DNA of 64,000 bases, taken from NCBI GenBank assembly GCA_963768025.1, contig CAVYGM010000042.1, positions 142,589 to 206,588 of the forward strand, in the 5' to 3' direction. Shown piece by piece: positions 8,681 to 18,706 of this stretch. Every line of letters begins with the position of its first letter. Position 1 is the stretch's first letter. The position numbers were made by a program, and so were the translations under genes. The notes under the pieces were generated by a model, which did not search any database, was not told where the DNA came from, and saw only the letters and a list, made by a program, of their open reading frames with translations. This DNA comes from an uncultured Cytophagales bacterium (GTDB taxonomy: Bacteria > Bacteroidota > Bacteroidia > Cytophagales > Spirosomataceae).

Positions 8681-11042
8681 ATGAACCATAAACTACTACT
8701 TACTATATGCCTGGTGCTGTTGTCGCTCGGGGTCATAGCCCAAACCGGGCAAGTCAAGGGAATTGTCGCTAGCCAAGACGGGCAGCCCGCGACTGATGTA
8801 TCGGTGCAGCTGAAAGAACTCAACAAAGGTATGAGCACCAATGCGCAGGGGGAGTTTGTATTCGTCACCCTACCGACTGGCTCCTACACCCTCGTAGCGT
8901 CATTCATGGGTTTCAAAACCCTCGAAAAGAAAATAAAAATTGAGGAGAACAAAACGGTGAATCTGGCTCTGGAACTCGTGGAAAGCACCGACCAGCTGAA
9001 AGAGATTGTGGTGAAAGGCTATACAAGTCCCAACGAGAAGCCGATTTCGGTGGGGAAAATCGCCATCCGACCCATGGATCTTCCGCAAAGTACGGCCATT
9101 ATTGATCAGCAGACGCTGATTAACCAGCAGGTGCTCCGCATGAGCGACGTACTCATGAACACCAATGGCATCTACATTATGGGAGCCACGGGTGGGTACC
9201 AGGAGGAGATCGCCGGGCGCGGATTCTCCTTTGGCAGTTCCAATACTTTCAAGAACGGGGTACGGTACTTCAACGGCATGCTGAGCGAAATGAGCGGACT
9301 GGAACGCGTGGAGGTATTGAAAGGCAGTTCGGCCATTCTGTTTGGTAATGTGGCGGCCGGGGGCATCCTGAACCTCGTGACCAAAAAGCCAAAGTTTGAT
9401 TTTGGCGGGGAAGTATCCATGCGCGTAGGCAGTTTTGGATTGGTAAAGCCCTCCTTCGATGTGTACGGGGCGATCGATAAAAAGCAACGGGTGGCTTTCC
9501 GCGTCAACGGTACCTACGAAAAAGCCAACAGTTTCCGTGAGGGCGTAAGTTCGGAGCGGTTCTACATCAACCCCTCACTGCTGGTAAAACTGGGCGAAAA
9601 AACCGATTTCCTGGTCGAAGCAGACTACCTGAACGACCAGCGCACGCCAGATTTTGGCTCGGGAATTATCAACTACCAAATCGTGGATATCCCACGCGAG
9701 CGCTTCCTGGGCGTACCCTGGGGCTACTTCAAGGCCGAACAGGTTTCCACCACGGCCACCCTCACGCACCGGCTATCGCAAAACTGGAAGCTGTCCCTCA
9801 TTGGGGCCTACCGCAACCATGCCACCGACCTGTTTGCCAACGCCCGCCCCAACACCGGTGGACTTATTCCCGCCTCAGGTACCTGGATCCGAAATATTCA
9901 GCGTAGCCAATCGGCCGAAGACTACTACCTGGGCCAACTGGATTTGACCGGTACCTTCACTACGGGCCGGGTATCCCATCAGGTACTAGTGGGGATGGAT
10001 ACCGATCAGTACAACACCCGCACTACGGGCTACGGGCAGCTGGCACGCTACGACACCATCAATATCTACGGCACACGGCAGTATGCCCGGCGCACCGACA
10101 TTCCGGTTCTGAACCCCTCTACGCTCACAACATCTCCGGTGAATCGGGTGGGAGTGTATGCTCAGGATCTGATTAGCATCACCAATTACGTGAAGGTACT
10201 GGCCGGAATCCGGTACAGCTACCAGCAGACCGGCAGCGATGTGTTTACGTATAGCACCAAAGCCACCACCAACAGCGTGTACTACGACGGTGCCTTTTCG
10301 CCCCGCCTGGGCCTGGTGTTCCAACCTACCAAAAACCACTCGGCGTTTGCGAGCTACGCCAATTCTTTCTCCCTCAATACCGGCGTGGATGTGGCCGGCA
10401 ATGCCCTGCCTCCTTCCTACATTGACCAATATGAAGTGGGTGTGAAAAATGAATTGCTGGATGGCAAACTGTCTGCCAATGCCACGGTGTACCGCATTCT
10501 GAACAGCAATCTGGCCCAGATTTCGCTGGCGGACGGCAATACCAACAACAACATCAAAGAGCTGGCCGGATCGGTGCAGAGCGAAGGCGTGGAGCTGGAT
10601 CTGGTGGCGCGGCCCGTCCAGGGGGCTGTCGCTGATGGCCGGATACAGCTACAACGAAACCCGCTACGTGAAAAGCAATACCTACGTAGAAGGTAGCCTG
10701 CTGCGCTACAATCCCAAGCACACCGCCAATGCCAGCGCCCAGTATCGTTTTGAGCAAGGTACCCTCAAAGGCCTGTCGCTCGGGGTAGCGGGCGTGTACA
10801 TAGGTCAGCGGTACGCCGGGCGATCCACCCGCGTGCAGGTAGCCAACGACGCCTACCAGCTCATCGGGCTACCAGCCTACACCCAGCTGGATGGTACCCT
10901 GGGCTACACATTCCGGTCTATATCTCTGCGGGGGAAAATCGGGAATATCTTCGATGTACTCAGTTATAATGTGCACGACGACAATAGCGTTAATCCCATT
11001 ACGCCCCGCAATTACTCCGTAGCTTTGTCTTATAAATTTTAA
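8681..11042 (+). pseudogene. TonB-dependent outer-membrane receptor (CarboxypepD_reg N-domain + plug + barrel) interrupted by a 1-nt frameshift in a G5 run at about 10621-10625
   Basis: ORF 8681-10696 (signal peptide, plug, barrel) and ORF 10635-11042 (the C-terminal barrel strands …ALSYKF) join when one G is removed: …VARPVQG|LSLMAGYSYNETRYV…. This could be a genuine pseudogene or an assembly indel. Confidence 0.8.
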
Positions 11043-11055
11043 CTCTAAATAAACT

Positions 11056-12309
11056 ATGAAGTTCGTAAACCTGTTTCTGGGTCTTTGCATCAGTTTGCAG
11101 GCCCTAGCCTATCCGATCAGCACGGATACCTCCCGCACCGCCACTACTGCGCATTTGTCCGCCCTCAAAAACGGCCACGTACTGCTCACCTGGACCGAGA
11201 AGGACAAGAATAATCTGGTGTACTTTTACTCGGCCATTTCCAAGGACAACGGCAAGAGTTTCTCGGATAAAAAGCTCGTCTTCGCCCACGAAGGCATCGG
11301 CAGCAGCCGCCTGATGAAACCCAAGGTACTCGAAAAAGGCGACGGAACCCTGGTGGCGGTATTCGGCCTGCGGGGAACTGGTGGCCAGCCAGCCCCTCAG
11401 CCCTCCTCGCACGATAGCCACGCGGCGGGCGGGCACGACACCCACGCCGCTGCCGCCAAGCCTGCCCCGCCCAAAGGCGGCGGACGCCCGCGCGATATGC
11501 AGATTGTGTATAGCTATTCCAAAGACCAGGGTACAACATGGAGCGCGCCAGCGCCCGTCCACCAAGATCAGACCGCCGGGGTAGTACGGGGCTTTTTTGA
11601 CTCAGCCGTTATGGGCAATGGCGAAATCGCCGTGGCTTTCTTGCAGGACATTCCCAACCAGCCCCACTCACGCGACATGCGCCTGGTAACTTCCAGCGGC
11701 CTTACCTTCGGCCAGGAAAAAGTAATTGACGATTTCACCTGCGACTGCTGCAACATCAGCCTGCTCACGGATGCCAACGGGTACCTGAATGTGTACTACC
11801 GCGAAAACAACGAAAACATCCGCGACATTGCCCGGATGGTGTCAAAGGACTTTGGAAAGAGCTTCGGCACGCCGTCCATTCTGTTTCCTGACAAATGGCT
11901 GATCAACGGCTGCCCCCACAGCGGTCCTACTTCCAGTGCGCTGGGCAAGGGTTCGGTAGTGGCGTGGTTTTCGGGATCGGAAGACGCCCCCGGCCTGCGG
12001 GTGGTAAATGACCAGGGCAAAAGACTGGCGGTTATCGGGGATCCTTCGGCCAAAAATGCCTTCCTGGTGCCCACGCCTTCCGCTTCGGTGCTGCTGTGGG
12101 AAGAGGCCCGCACCGATGGCGAATCCACAACCTACTACATCGCCTACCGGAAGGTCACAGCCGAGAAAGCCGCTGACGTGCAGTGGCTCACTCCCTCCCA
12201 GCACGGCCACAGCCCAAGCGCCGTGTACACCGGCAATCAGCTGCTGGTAGCCTACGAAGTTCAGAAGGGTTCACAAAGCACCATTGAACTGAGCACGGTC
12301 AGCCTGTAA
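11056..12309 (+). CDS. Secreted BNR/Asp-box repeat protein (sialidase-like beta-propeller)
   Basis: Signal peptide, Asp-box motifs SKDNGKSF, SYSKDQGTTWS and SKDFGKSF, and a low-complexity H/A/P linker. Confidence 0.55.
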   Translation: MKFVNLFLGLCISLQALAYPISTDTSRTATTAHLSALKNGHVLLTWTEKDKNNLVYFYSAISKDNGKSFSDKKLVFAHEGIGSSRLMKPKVLEKGDGTLVAVFGLRGTGGQPAPQPSSHDSHAAGGHDTHAAAAKPAPPKGGGRPRDMQIVYSYSKDQGTTWSAPAPVHQDQTAGVVRGFFDSAVMGNGEIAVAFLQDIPNQPHSRDMRLVTSSGLTFGQEKVIDDFTCDCCNISLLTDANGYLNVYYRENNENIRDIARMVSKDFGKSFGTPSILFPDKWLINGCPHSGPTSSALGKGSVVAWFSGSEDAPGLRVVNDQGKRLAVIGDPSAKNAFLVPTPSASVLLWEEARTDGESTTYYIAYRKVTAEKAADVQWLTPSQHGHSPSAVYTGNQLLVAYEVQKGSQSTIELSTVSL

Positions 12310-12327
12310 TATTTGATTTTTTCTTAC

Positions 12328-12367
12328 GAACCGCCCCTGCGCTGCTTTCGCGGCATAGGGGCGGTTC
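12328..12367 (+). terminator. Hairpin (gaaccgcccct…aggggcggttc) downstream of the BNR-protein gene; the T-tract is weak
   Basis: 11-bp inverted repeat read from the sequence, followed by gtcgctttat. Confidence 0.4.
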
Positions 12368-12470
12368 GTCGCTTTATGAAACGGTCTGATTTTCACCGAA
12401 CCTATCAAGTAGTTTTTTCTTTTTAAAGCCTTCGTATACAAACTATCCCCTGAACCGTGTAGATTGCACT

Positions 12471-13382
12471 ATGAAGAATTTTGTATTAAAAACTACCTGC
12501 ATTTTCCTCCTGGCCTGCTGCGTGGGCACCGGAGCCTGGGCCCAATCCACCACCGCCAAGCCTTCCGACTGGATCCCTCTTTTCAACGGCAAGGACCTCA
12601 CCGGCTGGGATGTCAAGATTGCGGGCTACGCCATGAATGACAACTACCAGAATACCTTCGTGGCCGAGGACGGGATGATCCGGGTGAAGTACGACGGCTA
12701 TAAAACCTTTGACGGCCGCTACGGTCATCTCTACTACAACAAGCCGTTTTCCCACTACCGCCTTCGGATGGAGTACCGCTTTCTGGGCGATCAGGTACCG
12801 GGCGGCGACTCCTGGAACGTCCGCAATAGCGGCATCATGGTGCACTCGCAACCGGCCTGGAGCCTGGGCAAGGATCAGACGTTCCCGATGTCGCTGGAAA
12901 TGCAGTATTTGGGTGGCCTGGGGGCGGGGGAACGCGCTACGGGTAATCTCTGCTCTCCCGGAACGATTGTGGATGTTGATGGCAAACTGGCCGATGCGCA
13001 CTGCATCAACTCCACCTCCAAAACCTACCATGGTGACCAGTGGGTGAAAGCCGAGGTCATTATATATGGCGACTCCCTCGTGTACCATCTTATTGAGGGA
13101 GATACCGTGCTGACCTATACCAATACCCGCATTGGGGGAGGCTTTGTGGGCCGTTCGAACGACTTCAAAAGTGGAAAGTTTACTGCCGCCCACGCTGAGG
13201 AATGGATGAAGCTACAAAACACCCCCTTGAAAGAAGGGTACATTGCTCTGCAGAGCGAAAGCCACGCCATCGACTTCCGCAACATTGAACTTCTGCCCCT
13301 CAAAGGCTGCATGGACCCCAAGGCCTCTAATTTTAAATCCTATTACGAGGTATCGGATAAAGCCGCCTGCGTGTACAAATAA
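12471..13382 (+). CDS. DUF1080 (3-keto-disaccharide hydrolase-like) secreted protein
   Basis: Signal peptide followed by PLFNGKDLTGWD…, and the LamG-like DUF1080 architecture common in Bacteroidota. Confidence 0.8.
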   Translation: MKNFVLKTTCIFLLACCVGTGAWAQSTTAKPSDWIPLFNGKDLTGWDVKIAGYAMNDNYQNTFVAEDGMIRVKYDGYKTFDGRYGHLYYNKPFSHYRLRMEYRFLGDQVPGGDSWNVRNSGIMVHSQPAWSLGKDQTFPMSLEMQYLGGLGAGERATGNLCSPGTIVDVDGKLADAHCINSTSKTYHGDQWVKAEVIIYGDSLVYHLIEGDTVLTYTNTRIGGGFVGRSNDFKSGKFTAAHAEEWMKLQNTPLKEGYIALQSESHAIDFRNIELLPLKGCMDPKASNFKSYYEVSDKAACVYK

Positions 13383-13602
13383 GCAGGGAAATCCCTCCAT
13401 TTCCAGCCGTATTGTTCTACGTTTACCACGTCTGGAATTTTATAAAAATACATTCTGTTATGGGAAAAGTATTCCAAAGAATCTTCGGAATACTTTTAAT
13501 TTTCTGCCGGAAACAGGTAAATTTTGCGTCATTACAAGCCCTCCCTCAGTTTTACGGCAAAACTACCAAACCAACCCTTATCCCAAATTATCAGCGGATG
13601 CT

Positions 13603-14985
13603 ATGGATGCTTTACAAGAACTGAAAATTAATGAAAGCCTGACCTCGGTACCCGAAGCGGAATTGCAATGGCTCGTAGATCATTCGGTGATTACCGTGGT
13701 GGAAGAAGGAGAACCACTCTACCAGAACGGCGACCCGATTGACCATCTGTTCATTATTCTGGAAGGGCGGCTGCGGATGTACGTCAACCGCAACAACCAA
13801 CACCGCGAACTAGGCTTCAACGAAAAAGGGTACGTAGGCGGACTACTTCCCTACTCCCGGCTCAAAACCGCCGTAGCCACCGCCGTAGCCATGGAACGGA
13901 CCACGGTGCTGCGCCTACACCGGAAGGAGTTCATGGAAATGATCTGTTCCCAGTTTAACCTGGTCGAAAGTTTTGTGCATATGATGCTGGACCGGATCCG
14001 GGATTTCACCAAGCTGGATCAGCAGAACGAAAAGATGATTTCGCTCGGCAAGCTGTCGGCGGGCCTCGCGCATGAGCTCAACAACCCGGCGGCGGCCGTG
14101 GTGCGCTCTGCCTCAGCCCTGAAAAAGCATCTGGGTTTTGTACCGGAAAAATTCAAGGCGGTTATATCCATTCAACTAAGCGAAGACAAGGTTGACCAGG
14201 TCAATGAGATTATCACCAGCATCGTTAAAAGGGAAACGCACGGAATGAGTCTGATGGAAAAGTCGAGCCTGGAAGATGACCTGACCGACTGGATGGACGA
14301 TCATAACGTGGAGAATAGCTTTGAACTGGCGGAGTCTTTTGCCGAATACCAGATCACGACCGACGACCTGGAACAGATAGAAGAGCAGGTATCGGAGAAG
14401 TACCTATCCCCCGTACTGGATTGGTTCAGCAACGTACTGGTAACCGAGAAGATGGTAAACGAAATCGGGGAAGCGTCCGAACGGATCGGCAATTTGGTAA
14501 AATCAGTGAAGGAGTACTCGCACATGGATGGTGGCACCGACCGGAAAAAAGTGGACCTGCGGGATGGCATGGAAAGTACCCTGCGCATTTTGCAACACAA
14601 ACTGAAAACCAAGAACATAAAAGTCAACCTGGACATGCCCGTTGATCTGCCCCCCATGCTGGTAAGTCCCGGTGAAATGAATCAGGTATGGACCAACCTG
14701 ATTGACAACGCCATTGATGCCTTACCCGAAAACGGCGAAATACGCATTGAATCACAGCACGATCGGGAGTTTGTGATCACCAAAGTGATTGATAACGGTA
14801 CGGGTATTCCGGCCGATGTGATTGAGCATATTTTTGACCCTTTCTTTACCACGAAGGAGATAGGTAAAGGAAGTGGATTGGGCCTCGAGATTGCCCAGAA
14901 TATCGTAAGACGCCACCGGGGGCAAATCAAGGTATCATCCAAGCCAGGCCACACCGAATTCAACGTGTGCTTACCCATTGAATAG
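13603..14985 (+). CDS. Sensor histidine kinase with an N-terminal cyclic-nucleotide-binding (CAP-family) domain
   Basis: ATG at 13603 (MDALQELKINESL…). The cNMP-binding fold is …EEGEPLYQNGDPIDHLFIILEGRLRMY…. The HisKA H-box is LAHELNNP, followed by HATPase_c N/G boxes (…NLIDNAIDA…, …DNGTGIP…GSGLGL…). Confidence 0.8.
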   Translation: MDALQELKINESLTSVPEAELQWLVDHSVITVVEEGEPLYQNGDPIDHLFIILEGRLRMYVNRNNQHRELGFNEKGYVGGLLPYSRLKTAVATAVAMERTTVLRLHRKEFMEMICSQFNLVESFVHMMLDRIRDFTKLDQQNEKMISLGKLSAGLAHELNNPAAAVVRSASALKKHLGFVPEKFKAVISIQLSEDKVDQVNEIITSIVKRETHGMSLMEKSSLEDDLTDWMDDHNVENSFELAESFAEYQITTDDLEQIEEQVSEKYLSPVLDWFSNVLVTEKMVNEIGEASERIGNLVKSVKEYSHMDGGTDRKKVDLRDGMESTLRILQHKLKTKNIKVNLDMPVDLPPMLVSPGEMNQVWTNLIDNAIDALPENGEIRIESQHDREFVITKVIDNGTGIPADVIEHIFDPFFTTKEIGKGSGLGLEIAQNIVRRHRGQIKVSSKPGHTEFNVCLPIE

Positions 14986-15029
14986 CAGTTTTAGTACCTT
15001 TATCCTACCCCACTTGACCCCAAATTTCC

Positions 15030-15593
15030 ATGAAACAACCGATTATACTGGCAGTAGATGATGACGCTCAGGTGCTTCGCGCCCTCACCAGGGATTTGCG
15101 CAGCAACTATCGTAAGGACTACCGAATCATGAGTACCGATTCGGCCGAAGAAGCCTTGTCGGCCCTGAAAGACCTTAAACAAAAGAACGAAACGGTTGCC
15201 ATGTTTGTGTCGGACCAGCGTATGCCCGAGATGCTGGGCGTGGACTACCTGACCGAAGCCAAAAAAATATTTCCGAAGGCCAAGCGCGTGCTGCTGACGG
15301 CCTACTCGGATACGGACGCGGCCATTAAGGCCATCAACGATGTGCAGCTGGATTACTACCTGATGAAACCCTGGGATCCGCCCGAAGAAAAGATGTACCC
15401 CGTTCTGACCGACCTGCTCGACGACTGGAATATGAACTACATACCGGAGTTCGATGGGATTCGGGTGGCGGGGTACCAGTTCTCGCCCAAATCGCACGAA
15501 ATTAAGGATTTCCTTTCCGGCAACCTGCACCCGTACCAATGGTACGACCTTGAAACCAGCGACCGGGGAAAAGAACTGATGACCCTTCAATAA
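15030..15593 (+). CDS. Response-regulator receiver-domain protein; probably the N-terminal half of a fused response regulator / thioredoxin-disulfide reductase
   Basis: REC domain (…LAVDDD…FVSDQRMPEM…LLTAYSD…K) followed by a roughly 65-aa extension. The stop codon is at 15591-15593, and the next frame is open from 15583. Confidence 0.75.
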   Translation: MKQPIILAVDDDAQVLRALTRDLRSNYRKDYRIMSTDSAEEALSALKDLKQKNETVAMFVSDQRMPEMLGVDYLTEAKKIFPKAKRVLLTAYSDTDAAIKAINDVQLDYYLMKPWDPPEEKMYPVLTDLLDDWNMNYIPEFDGIRVAGYQFSPKSHEIKDFLSGNLHPYQWYDLETSDRGKELMTLQ

Positions 15594-15645
15594 CCTCGAA
15601 GCCAAAGATGCCCCCTTCGTTTTTTTTGAAGATGGGAGCTTTCTG

Positions 15646-16692
15646 ATGCAGCCCGATATCCGGCAAATTTCCGAAAAACTCGGTCTGAGCCTGCAAAATA
15701 CCCATGAACTTTACGATGTGGTGATCATCGGTGCCGGACCGGCCGGGCTATCGGCGGCGGTATACGGTGGGTCGGAAGGTTTGAAAACCCTGCTGGTTGA
15801 GAAGCGGGCTCCCGGTGGGCAGGCGGGCACCAGCTCCCGGATTGAGAACTACCTGGGCTTTCCGTCGGGCCTGAGCGGGGCGGAGCTTTCGCGCCGGGCC
15901 ATTACACAGGCTACCCGCTTTGGCGTTGATTTTCTGTCCCCCGAGGAAGTTGTCAGCATCGAGGTAAAGGACAACTATAAGATGATCACCCTGGGAAGTG
16001 GAAAAGTGATCAACACCAAGAGCATCGTAGTTACCACCGGGGTCAACTACCGGAAGCTGGAAACCAAGGGAGTTGGTGACTTTACCGGCGCGGGGGTATA
16101 CTACGGCGCCGCCACTACCGAAGCCAATTCGTGCCGCGACCGCGAGGTGTACGTGGTAGGGGGTGGCAATTCGGCCGGTCAGGGAGCCATGTACCTCTCG
16201 CAGTTTGCCAAAAACGTGTACATCATGATCCGCAAGCCTGATCTTACGGAAACCATGTCTAGCTACCTCATTGACCAGATCAATTCAACCCCCAACATTC
16301 ACATTTTGGCTTGTTCCGAGATCTTGGAAGCGAAGGGCGATGGGCACTTGCAGGAACTGCTGGTGCAGGACCTGAACACGACGCACACGCGCACGCTACC
16401 GGCCGATGCCCTGTTCATTTTTATTGGGGCCAAGCCCTACACCGAATGGATCGAAAACAACTTGCTTAAAGACGAAAGAGGATTTATCGAAACCGGCCGG
16501 GCGCTGGTCAACTACGCCAATTATAAGAAAGTCTGGAAGAAACAGCGGGAACCTTATACGCTGGAAACCTGCGTACCGGGCATTTTTGCCGCGGGTGACG
16601 TGCGGGCTTCGGCTATGAACCGCGTGGCCTCCGCCGTGGGTGAAGGTGCCATGGCTATCAGCTTTGTGCATAAGTACCTAGCCGAAATATAG
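15646..16692 (+). CDS. Thioredoxin-reductase-like FAD/NAD(P)-binding oxidoreductase; the reading frame is open upstream to 15583
   Basis: Motifs GAGPAG (FAD), GGGNSAG (NADPH) and the C-terminal …GIFAAGDV…. The in-frame upstream peptide PFNNLEAKDAPFVFFEDGSFL resembles the linker of fused RR-TrxR proteins. Confidence 0.8.
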   Translation: MQPDIRQISEKLGLSLQNTHELYDVVIIGAGPAGLSAAVYGGSEGLKTLLVEKRAPGGQAGTSSRIENYLGFPSGLSGAELSRRAITQATRFGVDFLSPEEVVSIEVKDNYKMITLGSGKVINTKSIVVTTGVNYRKLETKGVGDFTGAGVYYGAATTEANSCRDREVYVVGGGNSAGQGAMYLSQFAKNVYIMIRKPDLTETMSSYLIDQINSTPNIHILACSEILEAKGDGHLQELLVQDLNTTHTRTLPADALFIFIGAKPYTEWIENNLLKDERGFIETGRALVNYANYKKVWKKQREPYTLETCVPGIFAAGDVRASAMNRVASAVGEGAMAISFVHKYLAEI

Positions 16693-16757
16693 TTCCATCC
16701 CTAACTTTCGGGAAGTTCAAAACTTCCCGAAAGTTGACTAACCCACTCCAACTCACG

Positions 16758-17024
16758 ATGTCACAACTATGCAGCCATCTTTCCTCGCTGGAGGAAATAA
16801 AAGTCGCCTCCACCTATGAGTGCGAAGAGTGCGTAAAAGTAGGTGGGCAATGGGTACACCTGCGTACCTGCCAAACCTGCGGAGTCACGCTATGTTGTGA
16901 CTCATCCCCTTCCCGCCACGCTACGGCACATTATCAGGCCACGGGCCATCCGGTGGTAGCCTCGGCCGAGCCGGGCGAAAACTGGGTGTGGTGCAACAAG
17001 GATCAACAATTCGCTGAATACTAG
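16758..17024 (+). CDS. UBP-type zinc-finger domain protein
   Basis: Cys/His-rich ECEEC…CQTCG…LCC…H…H pattern typical of zf-UBP; small protein. A start at 16734 is possible. Confidence 0.55.
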   Translation: MSQLCSHLSSLEEIKVASTYECEECVKVGGQWVHLRTCQTCGVTLCCDSSPSRHATAHYQATGHPVVASAEPGENWVWCNKDQQFAEY

Positions 17025-17091
17025 CCAACACGCCCGCTTTGACTGTATAAGTTCATACACCTAACCACTAAAAAAAAGCCATTACTGAAAG

Positions 17092-18019
17092 ATGATTATT
17101 TACGAAACCAACAAGCATTTCCTCGGCGACATCAAACACCTGACCCGTAGCTGGACTATGCGGAAAATAGTGCGGAGCACCTTGGGCGTAGCCGCATTGA
17201 CCACAGTTTTTTCTATTGTCGTGGAGGAGGTATTTGCCACCGAGATTCACGTACCCTCTACCATTTTTTCCCTGCTGGGTATTGTGCTCAGCGTGCTGCT
17301 GGTGTTCCGAACCAACTCGGCCTACGATCGCTGGTGGGAAGGCCGCAAGCAATGGGGAGCGCTGGTGAACAACTGTCGCAACATGGCCGTTACGGCACAC
17401 ACAATTTTACCGGAAGGAGATCAGAAAAGCCGCTATGAAATGGCTACGCTGATTTCCAATTTCTGTATAGCGCTCAAAGAACATCTGCGGCAGGGAACCA
17501 AGGTAGAGGAACTGATTCACCTGAGTCAGGAGGAGCAAGAAAAGTACAGCCAACGCAAGCATATCCCCAACTACATCACAACGCTCATCCACCAGAAAGT
17601 ACAGGTGGTGTATCGCAGCGGGGCCATCAGTGGGGCTGATATCCGAAATATGAAGCCGCACCTCCAAGCCCTGCTCGACATCGCCGGTGCCTGCGAACGC
17701 ATCAAGAAAACGCCGATTCCCTTTTCGTACAGCGTGTACATCAAGCTTCTGATCCTGGGTTATTCTCTCATGTTGCCCATTCGGCCTCATCCGCGATTTC
17801 AGTTACTTTACTATTCCACTGGTTACCTTTATATTTTTCACGTTCATAGGCATAGAAATGATGGCTTCCGAAATAGAAGACCCCTTCGGCCTGGACTGCA
17901 ATGACCTGCCAACGGGCGACATCGCCCAAACCATCAAAAAGAATGTATTCGAAATACTGGAAGTGGATCTTGAATCACAACCCGTCGAGAAAAAAGAGCT
18001 CTACGATAAGGTGTTCTGA
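17092..18019 (+). pseudogene. Bestrophin-family (UPF0187) ion channel interrupted by a 1-nt frameshift near 17779
   Basis: Signature RTNSAYDRWWEGR. After cccA-ttc at about 17776-17779 the conserved C-terminus continues in the +1 frame (…LMLP|FGLIRDFSYFTIPLVTFIFFTFIGIEMMASEIEDPFGLDCNDLPTGDIAQTI…KVF*, stop at 18017-18019). Confidence 0.75.
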
Positions 18020-18180
18020 TCCCTTGTGTTACTCCGGAAGGTAAGCAAATTCGAACGGGGCTGATGCGTCCGTATGCCATACTTATACTAATTCTAAATT
18101 TCCTCTAAGCCGGAAAGCGCATAAACTTATTGTTTACTTTTGGGGTAGTGATGTGCCACCAGAGTTCTGACAGATTGACA

Positions 18181-18564
18181 ATGAAGCGTTTGGTTGTTTA
18201 TTTTCTTAGCTTTAACCTACTGATCGGCAGTTTCCTGCCCGGTGGTGGCTGGGGCGAACTGGCCAAACTACCCGACCTGATCCGGCACTACGAGTTGCAT
18301 CTCCAAAAGAGTAATGGCGAAATCAGTTTCCTTACTTTTCTGTCCATGCATTATGCGGCTGGTTCCGATCACGTAGACACGGAAGACCATAGTTCGCTCC
18401 CTTCGTTACACCTGCCTATACTGGTTGCGCTTTTTGTTCCTACTCTTACGTCTCTCTATTTTAGTAGCCCCAAAATCTCCGCGCTTTCCGGCTTAAAAAA
18501 CTATTTCTGGAACAACCTCTATTCGTTCCAATTTCATTCCATTCTGCTCAATCCCCCCAAATAA
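18181..18564 (+). CDS. Small His-rich membrane or secreted protein upstream of czcA
   Basis: ATG at 18181 (MKRLVVYFLSFNLLIGSFLPGGGW…), with H-rich stretches (HYELHLQ, HYAAGSDHVDTEDH). No recognised domain. Confidence 0.35.
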   Translation: MKRLVVYFLSFNLLIGSFLPGGGWGELAKLPDLIRHYELHLQKSNGEISFLTFLSMHYAAGSDHVDTEDHSSLPSLHLPILVALFVPTLTSLYFSSPKISALSGLKNYFWNNLYSFQFHSILLNPPK

Positions 18565-18706
18565 ATGTGGTACGGGCCGACGGTCGCCGTCCCGCCCGTT
18601 AGAAGCAGTATATTGCCTACTGCCCAATCCCATTTTTTCATGATTTCCGTGTGTAATCTGCGCTCACTTGGGCATGGTATTACCGCGCACCACTCTTTCC
18701 TGATAC

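Noticed and set aside
13243-13602. Upstream in-frame extension of the histidine kinase ORF (the track starts it at 13243).
   Set aside because: It would read through the DUF1080 3' end and a clearly AT-rich promoter-like region (13390-13600). The cNMP-binding domain begins right after the ATG at 13603.
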